Of a stretch of 64,000 bases of DNA, positions 29,902 through 43,729 are shown one piece after another; the stretch's first letter is position 1; every line of letters starts with the position of its first letter. Source of the DNA: Eledone cirrhosa (lineage: Eukaryota); NCBI GenBank assembly GCA_964016885.1, contig OZ024740.1, positions 109,802,001 through 109,866,000 on the forward strand, written 5' to 3'. Below the pieces are notes generated by a model. The model saw only the letters and a list, made by a program, of their open reading frames with translations, did no database searches and was not told where the DNA came from. The translations under genes were made by a program, and so were the position numbers.

Positions 29902-29969
<68 letters not shown>

Positions 29970-30053
29970 ACTATATGTGTCTTTATGTGCTCGTGTGTAC
30001 ACATATATATATGTATATATGTATGTGTGTATGTATGTGTGTGTATGTGTATA

Positions 30054-30114
<61 letters not shown>

Positions 30115-30117
<3 letters not shown>

Positions 30118-30495
30118 CAACAACAAAGAACGCTTAGAGCATAGGTATATCTTTACTTGCTAACAGTGTTTCGTCCACACTATAAGTGGGACTCATCAGA
30201 GCATAAAGAGTGATTACATATTACACAAGCGATAACAAAGCCAAGACAGAAGAATATATATGGGGATACCATAAGTTGGGATGGGTTTAAAGAGTAGAGT
30301 AAATAGAGTGTAGAAAATAAAATTGGAGGATAAAGAATAGTGAAAAGTAAAAAAATAAATAATAAACATTGAAAAATAAGCATTGAAAAATAAGAGGTGC
30401 TATCAGTCACAGTTGGGCAGGGTGCTGTTAACAAACAGTTGCATACAAGCATACGCATAAGCATGAGCACCCGCATGCAACCACACAACAGGCAG
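30115..30495 (-). mobile_element. Solo PLE 3' UTR copy related to the 24.5-26.2-kb family, with hammerhead at 30158-30203
   Basis: Minus strand UGCU CUGAUGA GUCCCAC-UUAUA-GUGUGGAC GAAAC-ACU-GUU^AGCA, with a canonical G-C pair closing stem II. Confidence 0.75.
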
Positions 30496-30498
30496 CCA

Positions 30499-31383
30499 TA
30501 TGCAACACATGTATAAAGAAACAGTCAGCAAGGTTAGAATTAACAACGAATATAGTGAAGAGTTTAGCGTAAAAGTTGGTGTTCATCAGGGCTCTGTTCT
30601 TAGCCCCCTACTATTTATTATTGCCCTTCAGGCTATAACAGTGGAGTTCAAGACTGGCTGCCCATGGGAACTCCTATACGCAGATGATCTAACGCTCATA
30701 GCTGAATCAATGGCCGAGCTAGAGAAGAAATTCCAAACATGGAAGCACGGCCTAGAATCAAAAGGCCTTAAAATTAACCTGGTTAAAACTAAAGTTCTAG
30801 TTTGTAGGAAAGAAAATAAGGCGCCGGTCCCTTCCGGGAAATGGCCATGCTCAGTGTGTAGGAAAGGCGTAGGTAGAAACTCCACTTTATATCCCAAATG
30901 CAAAGTATGGGTGCATATAGGATGTAGTGGGATCATAGGTAAGCTAACTAAGAACATAGATTTTACATGTGGCCGGTGCTCTGGTGCAATAAGTAGCAGC
31001 AAGTGACCACAGAATACTAGCTCTTTCAATTGCGCAGAGGGTTCTATAGAAATAGTGGACAGCTTCCGTTACCTGCGTGACAAAATCAGCAGTGGGGGAG
31101 GGTGCTCTGAAAGTACAGTAGCTAGAGTCAGAACTGGATGGAAAAAGTTCAGAGAGCATATACCACTATTAGCAGCTAAAGGGTTCTCCCTAAAAATGAA
31201 AGGCAGGCTGTATGGTGCCTGCATACGAACAGCAATGTTGCATGGCAGTGAGACCTGGGCATTGTGTGCAGAGGATATATGCAGACTAGAGAGGAACGAA
31301 GCTTGCATGCTCTGCTGGATGTGTAATAGTAATATACGCGAACGGCAAAGCATAAACGAACTAAGGGAAAAATTAGAAATAAG

Positions 31384-31389
<6 letters not shown>
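30499..31389 (+). mobile_element. RTE family A internal fragment (truncated at both ends, one stop codon)
   Basis: GVHQGSVLSPLLF, LLYADDL; ends abruptly in (TA)n. Confidence 0.92.
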
Positions 31390-31427
<38 letters not shown>

Positions 31428-31641
31428 GTATACATATATATATATATATATATATGTATACATATATATATATATATATATGTATACATATATATATAAA
31501 TGTATACATATATATATATGTATACATATATATATATGTATACATACATATATATATATATATGTATACATATATATATATGTATACATATATATATATA
31601 TATATACATATATATGTATACATATATATATATATGTATAC

Positions 31642-31679
<38 letters not shown>

Positions 31680-31711
31680 GTATACATATATATATATATA
31701 TATATATGTAT

Positions 31712-31750
<39 letters not shown>

Positions 31751-31759
<9 letters not shown>

Positions 31760-33170
31760 ATTAGAGTTAAAACTCAATTGGAACCCCGTAACTATTAAGC
31801 TCAAAGTATAAATACTGAGCCGATTAATAATATATAGTAAGAAACACAGTAAACCGTGTGTCTAAAATTACAAGGGTTGTAATTTTAGACACACGGCTCC
31901 CTCACAAGTTGAGCTTATTAAGTTGTGTGTGTTGGACTGTTATTTCTATTCAATACACGCTTACCACGTTTGACTAGCGGAGCACGAGGTGACAAATTCA
32001 TCTTTCTGTGTGAACGTTGGCAAATAGTGTTTGTGGCATTTAATCAGATTCTCTCGCTGATGAAGCCCAGGATTATCTGTTACAAACACACTCAGGGCGA
32101 AACAGATTAGGGATAATCTGTCCGAGAGATATAATGGTTATTGAGGCGGTTTGTATATTTTATCATTCTGTCTGCTTCTTGGTTAAATATTTCAAACAAA
32201 TGTGGTTTTTCAACCCTTGTAATTTTAGACACACGGTTTACTGTGTTTCTTACTATATATTATTAATCGGCTCAGTATTTATACTTTGAGCTTAATAGTT
32301 ACGGGGTTCCAATTGAGTTTTAACTCTAATTTTCATATATATTTCTGCTCCCTCACAAGTTGAGCTTATTAAGTTGTATGTGTTGGACTGTTATTTCTAT
32401 TCAATACACGCTTACCACGTTTGACTAGCGACGCACGAGGTGACAAATTCATCTTTCTGTGTGAACGTTGGCAAATAGTGTTTGTGGCATTTAATCAGAT
32501 TCTCTCGCTGATGAAGCCCAGGATTATGTTACAAACACACTCAGGGCGAAACAGATTAGGGATAATCTGTCTGAGAGATATAATGGTTATTGAGGCGGTT
32601 TGTATATTTTATCATTCTGTCTGCTTCTTGGTTAAATATTTCAAACAAATGTGGTTTTTCAACCCTTGTAATTTTAGACACACGGTTTACTGTGTTTCTT
32701 ACTATATATTATTAATCGGCTCAGTATTTATACTTTGAGCTTAATAGTTACGGGGTTCCAATTGAGTTTTAACTCTAATTTTCATATATATTTCTGCTCC
32801 CTCACAAGTTGAGCTTATTAAGTTGTATGTGTTGGACTGTTATTTCTATTCAATACACACGTACCACGTTTGACTAGCGGCGCACGAGGTGACAAATTCA
32901 TCTTTCTGTGTGAACGTTGGCAAATAGTGTTTGTGGCATTTAATCAGATTCTCTCGCTGATGAAGCCCAGGATTATCTGTTACAAACACACTCAGGGCGA
33001 AACAGATTAAGGATAATCTGTCTAAGAGATATAATGGTTATTGAGGCGGTTTGTATATTTTATCATTCTGTCTGCTTCTTGGTTAAATATTTCAAACAAA
33101 TGTGGTTTTTCAACCCTTGTAATTTTAGACACACGGTTTACAGTGTTTCTTACTATATATTATATATATA
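31751..33170 (+). mobile_element. About 2.8 tandem ~450-bp non-coding units with hammerhead-like cores, preceded by an inverted partial unit
   Basis: Units start at 31896, 32347 and 32796; CTGATGAAGCCC...GGGCGAAAC at 32057, 32508 and 32957; 31751-31879 is the reverse complement of ~32212-32340. Confidence 0.7.
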
Positions 33171-33173
33171 GTA

Positions 33174-34890
33174 AGTTTGTGTCAGGCAAAAGTACCACAG
33201 ACGCTCTTTTCATAGTACGACAACTACAAGAGAAGTACCTAGCTAAAGGTAAACCCCTCTACTTAGCTTTTGTCGACTTGGAGAAAGCCTTCGACAGAGT
33301 CCCCCGCTCCATTATCTGGTGGGCTCTTAGAAAACTAGGCGTTGACGAATGGCTTGTGAGGGCTATACAAGCCATGTATAAAGAAACAGTCAGCAAGGTT
33401 AGAATTAACAACGAATATAGTGAAGAGTTTAGCGTAAAAGTCGGCGTCCATCAGGGCTCTGTTCTCAGTCCACTACTATTTATTATTGCCCTTCAGGCCA
33501 TAACAGAGGAGTTCAAGACAGGCTGCCCATGGGAACTCCTATACGCAGACGACCTGACACTCATAGCGGAATCAATGGCCGAGCTAGAGAAGAAATTCCA
33601 AACATGGAAGCACGGCCTAGAGTCAAAAGGACTTAAAATTAACCTGGCTAAGACCAAAGTACTAGTTTGTAGGAAAGAAAACAAGGCGGCGGTCCCTTCT
33701 GGGAAATGGTCGTGCTCGGTGTGTAGGAAAGGCGTAGGTAGAAACTCCATTTTATGTCCTAAATGCAAAGTATGGGTGCATAAAAGATGTAGTGGGATCA
33801 CAGGTAGGCTAACTAAGAACATAGATTTTACATGTGGCCGGTGCTCTGGTGCAATAAGTAGCAGCAAGTGCCCACAAACTACTAGCTCTTTCAATTGCGC
33901 AGAGGGTTCTATAGAAATAGTGGACAGCTTCCGTTACCTGGGCGATAAAATCAGCAGTGGGGGAGGGTGCTCTGAAAGTACTGTAGCTAGAGTCAGAACT
34001 GGTTGGAAAAAGTTCAGAGAGCTTATACCACTATTAGCTGCTAAAGGGTTCTCACTAAAAATGAAAGGCAGGTTGTACGATGCCTGCATACGAACAGCAA
34101 TGCTGCATGGCAGTGAGACCTGGGCATTGTGTGCAGAGGATATACGCAGACTAGAGAGGAACGAAGCTTGCATGCTCCGCTGGATGTGTAACAGTAATAT
34201 ACGTGAACGGCAAAGCATAAACGAACTAAGGAATAAATTAGAGATAAGAGGGATCAGATGTTGTTTACTCGAGAGAAGGCTACGTTGGTATGGACACGTG
34301 ATGCGCATGAAAGTCGATAGCTGTATAACAAAGTGCAGGGCAATAAAGATAGACGGTAGTCACGGAATAGGCAGACCTAGAAAAACCTGGGACGAGCTGA
34401 TAAACTCCGACATCACACACTTACACCTCTCCAAGACAATGTCACTGGACCGAGACCTTTGGCGGTACTCAGTAACAGAGAAGACCCGCCTTACCTAAAT
34501 ATATAGTAAAACCTACTCCAGCCAGTAGGCATCTCTAACAAATACACCCCGTCCCACCACCCCCACCCGATCCACACCACCCCGTTCTATGTAAAGTTAT
34601 GTTGGTGCCGCGCCATCGAGGCCGAAACAAATGAGATCGTGTAGGTGTCACGACAAAAAAACACACAGTCCACGCTGTAATGTGGCCGTGTAGGCAACAC
34701 GGTAAAAACCTCCCAGACCCACACTGTAAATGTGGTTGGTGTTAGGAAGGGCATCCAACTGTAGAAAACCTGCCAGACAGTCCTATGCGAGCAAGACAAT
34801 CACTCTTGCCTCAAGTGGGACTACCCCCGTCCAAACCCATGCAAGCGTGGAACACGGACGTTAAACGCTGATGATGATGATGATGATGAT
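33174..34890 (+). mobile_element. RTE family A, 5'-truncated, with an uninterrupted RT reading frame to 34498
   Basis: [40 protein letters not shown]; 3' UTR and (GAT)n. Confidence 0.95.
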
Positions 34891-34898
34891 ATATATGT

Positions 34899-34949
<51 letters not shown>

Positions 34950-35016
34950 TATATACATATATATACATATATATATATATATACATATATACATATATAT
35001 ACATATATATATATAT

Positions 35017-35715
35017 ATACGTGAACGGCAAAGCATAAACGAACTAAGGAAAAAATTAGAGATAAGAGGGATCAGATGTTGTTTACTCGAGAGAAGGCTG
35101 CGTTGGTATGGACACGTGATGCGCATGAAAGTCGATAGCTGTATTACAAAGTGCAGGGCAATAAAGATAGACGGTAGCCACGGAATAGGCAGACCTAGAA
35201 AAACATGGGATGAGCTGATAAACTCCGACCTCACACACTTACACCTCTCCAAGACAATGTCACTGGACCGTGACCTTTGGCGGTACTCAGTAACAGAGAA
35301 GACCCGCCTTGCCAGTAGGCATCTCTAACAAAATACACCCCGTCCCGCCACCACCCCCACCCCATCCACACCACCCCGTTCTATGTAAAGTTATGTTGGT
35401 GCCGCGCCATCCAGGCCGAAACAAATGAGATCGTGTAGGTGTCACGACAAAAAAACACACAGTCCACGCTGTAATGTGGCCGTGTAGGCAACACGGTAAA
35501 AACCTCCCAGTCCCACACTGTAAATGTGGTTGGTGTTAGGAAGGGCATCCAACTGTAGAAAACCTGCCAGACAGTCCTATGCGAGCAAGACAATCACTCT
35601 TGCCTCAAGTGGGACTACCCCCGTCCAAACCCATGCAAGCGTGGAACACGGACGTTAAACGTTGATGATGATGATGATGATGATGATACACATATATACA
35701 TATAGATATATATAC

Positions 35716-35760
<45 letters not shown>

Positions 35761-35829
35761 TATACATATATATATATGTACATATATATATATACATATA
35801 TATATATACATATATATACATATATATAA

Positions 35830-35886
<57 letters not shown>

Positions 35887-35912
35887 CATATATATACATA
35901 TATATACATATA

Positions 35913-35954
<42 letters not shown>

Positions 35955-36192
35955 TATACATATATATATATATATGTATACATATATATATATATATACA
36001 TACGGTAAAAACCTCCCAGTCCCATACTGTAAATGTGGTTGGTGCTTCAAAGGGCATCCAGCTGTAGAAAAGCCGCCAGATAGTCCTATGTGAGCAAGAC
36101 AACCATTCTTGCCTCAAGTGGGAAAACTCCCGTCCAAACCCATGCAAGCGTGGAAGATGGACGTTAAACGATGATGATGATGATGATGATGA
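35017..36192 (+). mobile_element. Two further RTE family A 3' fragments (35017-35686; 36002-36192) separated by (TA)n
   Basis: Match 34198-34890; each ends in (GAT)n. Confidence 0.9.
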
Positions 36193-36199
36193 TATATGT

Positions 36200-36244
<45 letters not shown>

Positions 36245-36275
36245 TACATATATATATATATATATATATGTATAC

Positions 36276-36318
<43 letters not shown>

Positions 36319-36320
<2 letters not shown>

Positions 36321-37892
36321 GTCCCCCGCAAAAGTTTACAACACATTAGGAAAAATGCGGTTTTAGGTATTTTTAATAAAGTTAGGGTAATGAAAATTTA
36401 ACTACCGATAGAACATATAATGAGACATTTAATGATACAATCATAGTTTAAAAAAAATAACAAGGAAATAACACATGAAGAAAAATCAATATTTTTATAA
36501 CGCAAAAGTTTACAACACATTTATTAAATCATCTCTTAATATTTCGTAGCGTTTGGAGTAGCCTCCTACAAACTTCTTGCATGTTTCTTGTTTAATATTT
36601 ATCCATTCTTCACAACAAATTTTCTTTGGTTCAGGGATATTTTGGGGTTTCCTTTTTTGAATTCTCTCCACAAATTTTCGATTGGGTTAAGATCTGGAGA
36701 CTGACATGGCCATTTTAGAACATTTATTCCATTCGTACTTAACCAAGATTGTGTTAGCTTTGCAGTATGCTTTGGATTGTTATCTTGTTGAAAAAAACCA
36801 ACCTGGCTTTAAGCTGAGAGAATGTGCACTTTGATGTAAATTCCTTTGGAAAATACCTCTATAATAAGTGCCACCCATTCTTCCTTCTATTATTTCAATA
36901 TTTCCTACTCCTGTGGCACTAAAGCAACCCCAGACCATGATTGATCCACCTCCAAATTTTACAGTTGGAATAGTATTCTTCAGCGAATATTCAGTACCTT
37001 TCTTTCTCCAGACTTTTGCCACAGCATTTCGACCAAAATGTTCAATTTTTGTTTCGTCCGACTAAAGTACATCTTCCCAAAATGACGCAGGTTTGATGAG
37101 ATGCTCATTTGCAAAGTTTAATCGACGAAGAACGTGTTTCCTCGTAAGAAGTGATGTTTTCCTTGGAGACCTCGAGAAGATATCATATCGACGATGTGAA
37201 CGACTAATTGTATCTGTGCTCACTTTTACTCCACTTTCTTCTAGGTCATCCTGAAGATTTTTAAGAGTACACCGGGGTTCGTTGCCAACCTTTCTCGTCC
37301 ATAACCGAGCTGCACATTCCGTTATCTTTCTAGGACAACCAGAACTAATTAGAGGACAGATGGAATGATGAGATTTCCAGTGACGAATTATTGTACCAAC
37401 TGAACTCAATGGCACATTTAACTGACAAAATATCTTTCTATAACCAACACCATTTTCATGAAGGTTTACAATGCGTTTACAGAGGTCTTGATCAATCAGT
37501 TTATTTTTCCCCATATTGTCCATGTTTACAGGACGGTTGTCAATGTTTACAGGATGGTCGTCAGACAAATAATGATGTAATGTTTTTAATAGTCCTTAGA
37601 AGTTACCTTAAACCTAATCTAGAACATTCTACTGAATTTTAAATCTGAAAATTTAAGAATTTTCTTGAAAAAAAGCGATAAATATAAAATGTGTTGTAAA
37701 CTTTTGCGTTATAAAAATATTGATTTTTTTCTTCATGTGTTATTTCCTTGTTATTTTTTAAAAAATATGATTGTATCATTAAATGCCTCATTATATGTTC
37801 TATCAGTAGTTAAATTTTCATTACCCTAACTTTATTGAAAATACCTAAAACTGCATTTTTCCTAATGTGTTGTAAACTTTTGCGGGGCACTG
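36319..37892 (-). mobile_element. Full-length Tc1-family transposon with ~203-bp IR/DR termini; transposase pseudogene
   Basis: TIRs 36319-36521 and 37688-37892 (CAGT...ACTG, TA on the right). Minus-strand motifs [39 protein letters not shown], with stops and frameshifts. Confidence 0.95.
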
Positions 37893-38143
37893 TATATAGT
37901 TATAGGAATAACCAAAGAGTGCTTAGAAATACATTGTTTTATTAGCTAACAGTGTTTCATATACTAGTTATCCTAAATTGAGATAAAACCACACTGTCAT
38001 ACCAAGGGCAATATATCAGCATGTCAGGACATATTGATATATCTGTCAACGAAATATATATATATATATACATATATGTAAATATATGTATATATATATA
38101 TATATATGTAAATACATGTATATATAATTGATGATGATGATGA

Positions 38144-38209
<66 letters not shown>

Positions 38210-38443
38210 ATGTATATATATATGTATACATATATATATATGTATATGTATAAATAAAAATATACACATATATGTGTATGTATATATGTATACATATATG
38301 TATATGTATACATATATGTATATGTATAAATAAAATTATACACATATATATATATGTATATATATATATATGTAAATATATGTATATATAATTGATGATG
38401 ATGATGATGATATATATATACACATATATATGTATATATATAC

Positions 38444-38525
<82 letters not shown>

Positions 38526-38562
38526 TTATATATATATATATATACTTATATATATATATACT

Positions 38563-38598
<36 letters not shown>

Positions 38599-38600
38599 CT

Positions 38601-38739
<139 letters not shown>

Positions 38740-38740
38740 T

Positions 38741-39292
<552 letters not shown>

Positions 39293-39303
39293 TATATATA
39301 TAT

Positions 39304-42300
39304 ATCATCATCATCATCATCATCGTTTAACTTCCATATTCCACGCTTGCATGGGTTTGGACGGGAGTTTTCCCACTTGAGGCAAGAGTGGTTGTCTTGC
39401 TCGCATAGGACTGTCTGGCGGGTTTTCTACGGCTGGATGCCCTTCCTAACACCAACCACATTTACAGTGTGGAACTGGGAGGTTTTTACCGTGTTACCTA
39501 CACGGCCACATTACAGCGTGGACTGTGTGTTTTTTTTGTCGTGACACCTACACGACTTCATTTGTTTTGGCCTGGATGTTGTGGTACCAACATAACTTTA
39601 CATTGAAAGAAGCGGTGTGGGTAGTGGGACGGGGGTGTATTTTGTTAGAGGTGTCTACTGACTGTAGTAGGTTTTACTTTGTATTTAGGTAAGGTGGGTC
39701 TTCTCTATTACTCTGTACCGCCAAAGATCTCAGTCCAGTGACATTGTCTTGGAGAGGTGTAAGTGTGTGAGGTCGGAATTTATCAAGTTGTCCCAGGTTT
39801 TTCTGGGTCTGCCTACTCCGTGGCTGCCGTCTATTTTTATTGCCCTGCACTTTTTTATACAGCTGTCGTCTTTCATGCACATCACGTTACCATACCAATG
39901 TAGCCTTCTCTCGAGTAAACAACATCTAATCCCTCTTATTTCTAATTTTTCCCTTAGTTCGTTAATGCTTTACCGTTCGCGTATATTACTATTACACATC
40001 CAGCGGAGCATGCAAGCTTCGTTCCTCTCTAGTCTGCATATATCCTCTGCACACAATGCCCAGGTCTCACTGCCATGCAACATTGCTGTTCGTATGCAGG
40101 CATCATACAGCCTGCCTTTCATTTTTAGGGAGAACCCTTTAGTGGCTAATAGTGGTATAAGCTCTCTGAACCTTTTCCATGCAGTTCTGACTCTAGCTAC
40201 TGTACTTTCAGAGCACCCTCCCCCACTGCTGATTTTGTCACCCAGGTAATGGAAGCTGTCCACTGTTTCTATAGAACCCTCTGTGCAATTGAAAGAGCTA
40301 GTATTCTGTGGTCACTTGCTGCTACTTATTACACCAGAGCACCGGCCACATGTAAAATCTATGTTCTTAGTTAGCTTACCTGTGATCCCACTACATCTTT
40401 TATGTACCCATACTTTGCATTTGGGACATAAAATGGAGTTTCTACCTACTCCTTTCCTACACACTGAGCATGGCCATTTCCCGGATGGGACCGGCGACCT
40501 ATTTTCCTTCCTACAAACTAGAACTTTAGTATTAGACAGGTTAATTTTAAGGCCTTTTGATTCTAGGCCGTGCTTCCATGTTTGGAATTTCTTCTCTAGT
40601 TCGGCCATTGTTCAGCTATGAGCGTCAGATCATCTGCGTATAGGAGTTCCCATGAGCAGCCGGTCTTGAACTCCACTGTTATATCCTGAAGGGCAATAAT
40701 AAATAGTAGGGGGCTAAGAACGCAACCCTGATGAACACCAACTTTTACGCTAAACTCTTCACTATATTCGTTGTTAATTCTAACCTTGCTGACTGTTTCT
40801 TTATACATGGCTTGTATAGCTCTCACAAGCCATTCATCAACACCTAGTTTTTTTTTTCTAAGAGCCCACCAGATAATGGAACGGGGGACTCTGTCGAAGG
40901 CTTTCTCCAAGTCGACAAAAGCTAAGTATAGGGGTTTACTTTTAGCTAGGTACTTCTCCTGTAGTTGTCGTACAATGAAAAGAGCATCTGTGGTACTTTT
41001 GCCTGACACAAACCCGAACTGCATTTCATCTAGATCAATTCTCTCTCTGATTAGTTGCGCTATTACTTTTTCCGTGACCTTCATGACCTGGTTGATTAAT
41101 TTAATGCTTCTATAGTTACTCCTATCTAGGTCATCTCCTTTACCCTTGTAGCAGTTAATGATGATGCTGCTACGCCAGTCCTTCGGAACAACCCCATTCT
41201 GTATGACTTGGTTTACTATCCAGGTGACCATGGTGTGTCCCACCGTTCCAGAGGCTTTCAGAATTTCAGCAACTATTTCCAAAGGCCCAGCCGCCTTCAT
41301 ATCTTTGATTGCCTTACTTATTATACTACCTTCGACTAACACTGCTGGTCCCTCTATTGGGTCGATGTGGGGGAGACTGTCTTTCTCCCATTTATTCTCC
41401 TCATTTAGTAGCCTTTCGTAGTGACACTTCCAAGCTACCTTCTTATCAGCGTCAGTGATGGCAAGTACACCATCATCATTAAGTACACACTTCTCCCCGA
41501 CAATATCACGGTTTTCCTTGACACATTGCCTAGCAATCCTGAACACCTCACGTTTTTGGTCCTCGCGTTGTAGAACATGCTTGAACTTTCTTTCCTCTGC
41601 TTCCCTTCTTGCGAAGTAGACTTGTTTCCTAGCTTCCCTCCTGGCCACTAGATAGTCTTCTCTACTTCCCCCATCCCGCCATACTTTCCAAGCCTGCTTT
41701 TTGGCCTTAATTGACTCCTCCACCTTACTGTTCCACCACCATGTTACTCTCCTCCTGCCTATAGGCCTGCTCCAGCCACAGACTTCGTCTGCCGCCATCA
41801 GCAGGTTTGCTTTCAGGAATTCCCACTGTTCCTCTATATTGTACGACTCTAAATGCTCTTCCTTACTGTCGAAAGCATCAAGTAATATGCTTTTAAATTT
41901 ATTTCTGGCTGTGGGGTCCTTTAGCTTCCATATTTTTCTCCTGAGGATAGTCCTCTTCTGCTGTCGAGTACGTCTCGTCTTGACTATGAGGTCGCTAATT
42001 ATGAGTCTATGTTGGGAGGTGCATTCTTCATGGGGGAGGGATTTAGTGTTTACAACAGATACTCTGTCACGTCTTCTGGTAAGGATATAATCTACCTGGC
42101 TGGTATGTTCCCCTGATCTGTAGGTGATCAAGTGATTGTCTCGTTTTTTGAAGTTAGTGTTACAGATAGTTAGGTTATTTGCGTCACAGAATTCCAGGAT
42201 TCTGGAGCCTTCCTCATTTCTAGTACCAAACCCATAGCCTCCGTGGATTCCATCATAGCCGTCACAATGTTGTCCAACGTGACCATTTAGGTCACCAGCA

Positions 42301-42511
42301 ATAATTATATAGTCACTGTCGGTTATTGGGAGGTAGTGAGCATCAGTGTCTCATAGAAACTGTCTTTTATAGCGCCAGGCAGTCCGGATTGGGGCGCGTA
42401 CTCAGATATTACCGTCACAGTAGTTCTATTTAGAACAAGTCTTATTTTAATTATTCTGTCATTCACTCTATTTATGTCTATTATCTTACCCACCCATTTT
42501 TCTGCTAACAT
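39304..42511 (-). mobile_element. Near-full-length RTE family A (APE endonuclease plus RT), disrupted
   Basis: ISEYAPQ, GDLNGHVG, SQVDYIL (APE); RT motifs in ORF 40596-42131; frameshifts and stops; 3' UTR and (ATC)n at 39304. Confidence 0.95.
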
Positions 42512-42561
42512 GATATATATTTATACACATATATATATATACATATATATATATACATATA

Positions 42562-43388
42562 TCATCATCATCATCATCACCGTTTTACGTCCGTTCTACC
42601 ACGCTAGCATGGATTAGACGGGTTGTCCTGTTGTGGGCAGTGTCTGGTCGGCTGACCATGCCTTGCTCATACAGGAACTGATTTGGCTTGATTTCTACAG
42701 CTGGATGCCCTTCCTAACACCAACCTCATTTACAGTGAGTGCTGGGTGCTTTTTCGTGGCGCCTACACGTCCACTTTACAGTGTGGGCTGGGTGCTTTTT
42801 TGCCGAGGCACCTCCACGACCACCTTGCGGTGGGGGGTGAGGGGGCATATTGTCTATATGCTTCAGCTTGTACCTATGGGAGGTCGGGTACTCTGTATTA
42901 CTGCGTGACGCCAGAAGTCACGGTCGTGTGTCATTGCCTTTGAGAGGTGTAATTGGGTAAGGTCGGATTTTATCACCTCATCCCAGGTCATCTTGGGTCT
43001 CCCCACTCCGCGGTTTCCATCAACTTCTAGTGCTCTGCACCTTTTTATGTAGCTGTCATCCTTCATACGCATCACATGTCCATACCAGTGCAACCGCCTC
43101 TCCTGCACACAGCATTTGATTCCTCTTATGCTCAGTCTCTCTCTCAATTCATTTATGCTTTGTCGTTCACGTATATTACTGTTACACATCCATCGGAGCA
43201 TGCAGGCTTCGTTTCTCTCTAATCTACGTAAGTCTTCCACCTTCAGCGCCCAGGTCTCACTACCATGCAACATTGCTGTTCGGATACACGCATCATACAG
43301 TCTGCCTTTCATTCTGAGGGAGAAGCCTTTTGCAGCTAGCAGTGGTAGTAGTTCCCTAAACTTCTTCCATCCCGTTCTTACCCTAGTT
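42562..43388 (-). mobile_element. RTE family C (relative of A), 5'-truncated
   Basis: [17 protein letters not shown]...MLHGSETW...RLHWYGHVMR; distinct 3' UTR and (ATC)n tail. Confidence 0.9.
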
Positions 43389-43390
43389 AT

Positions 43391-43438
<48 letters not shown>

Positions 43439-43729
43439 CATATATATACAGTTGACATGATATTGATTTTGATTTGATGATTTTGATTTTGATTTTGTAT
43501 CAGTACTGTCGGTAATATATGTATATATATGTGTGTTTGTGAGTGGTGTGTGTGATTGTATACATGTATGAGTGTTGGTATGTGTGGCGTGTGTGTGGTT
43601 GTGGTTTGTATGCATGAGTATTGGTGTGTGAGTGTTTGTGTGTGCGTCGTGTCAATAAGCTTTTTTTTTTTCTTTTTTTTTTAACGACCATGCTGTAAAT
43701 TGGAGGGGTAGAGAGGGCCCTTGAGTCTA

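Noticed and set aside
33041-34498. 485-aa ORF as a novel fusion gene
   Set aside because: It starts at TTG inside the tandem repeat and reads by chance through TA into a 5'-truncated RTE RT.
30499-35686. Idea that 30499-31389 and 35017-35686 are one RTE split by later insertions with a ~55-bp duplication
   Set aside because: The overlap differs at three positions and the right piece shares diagnostic bases with the 33174 copy; separate insertions are more likely.
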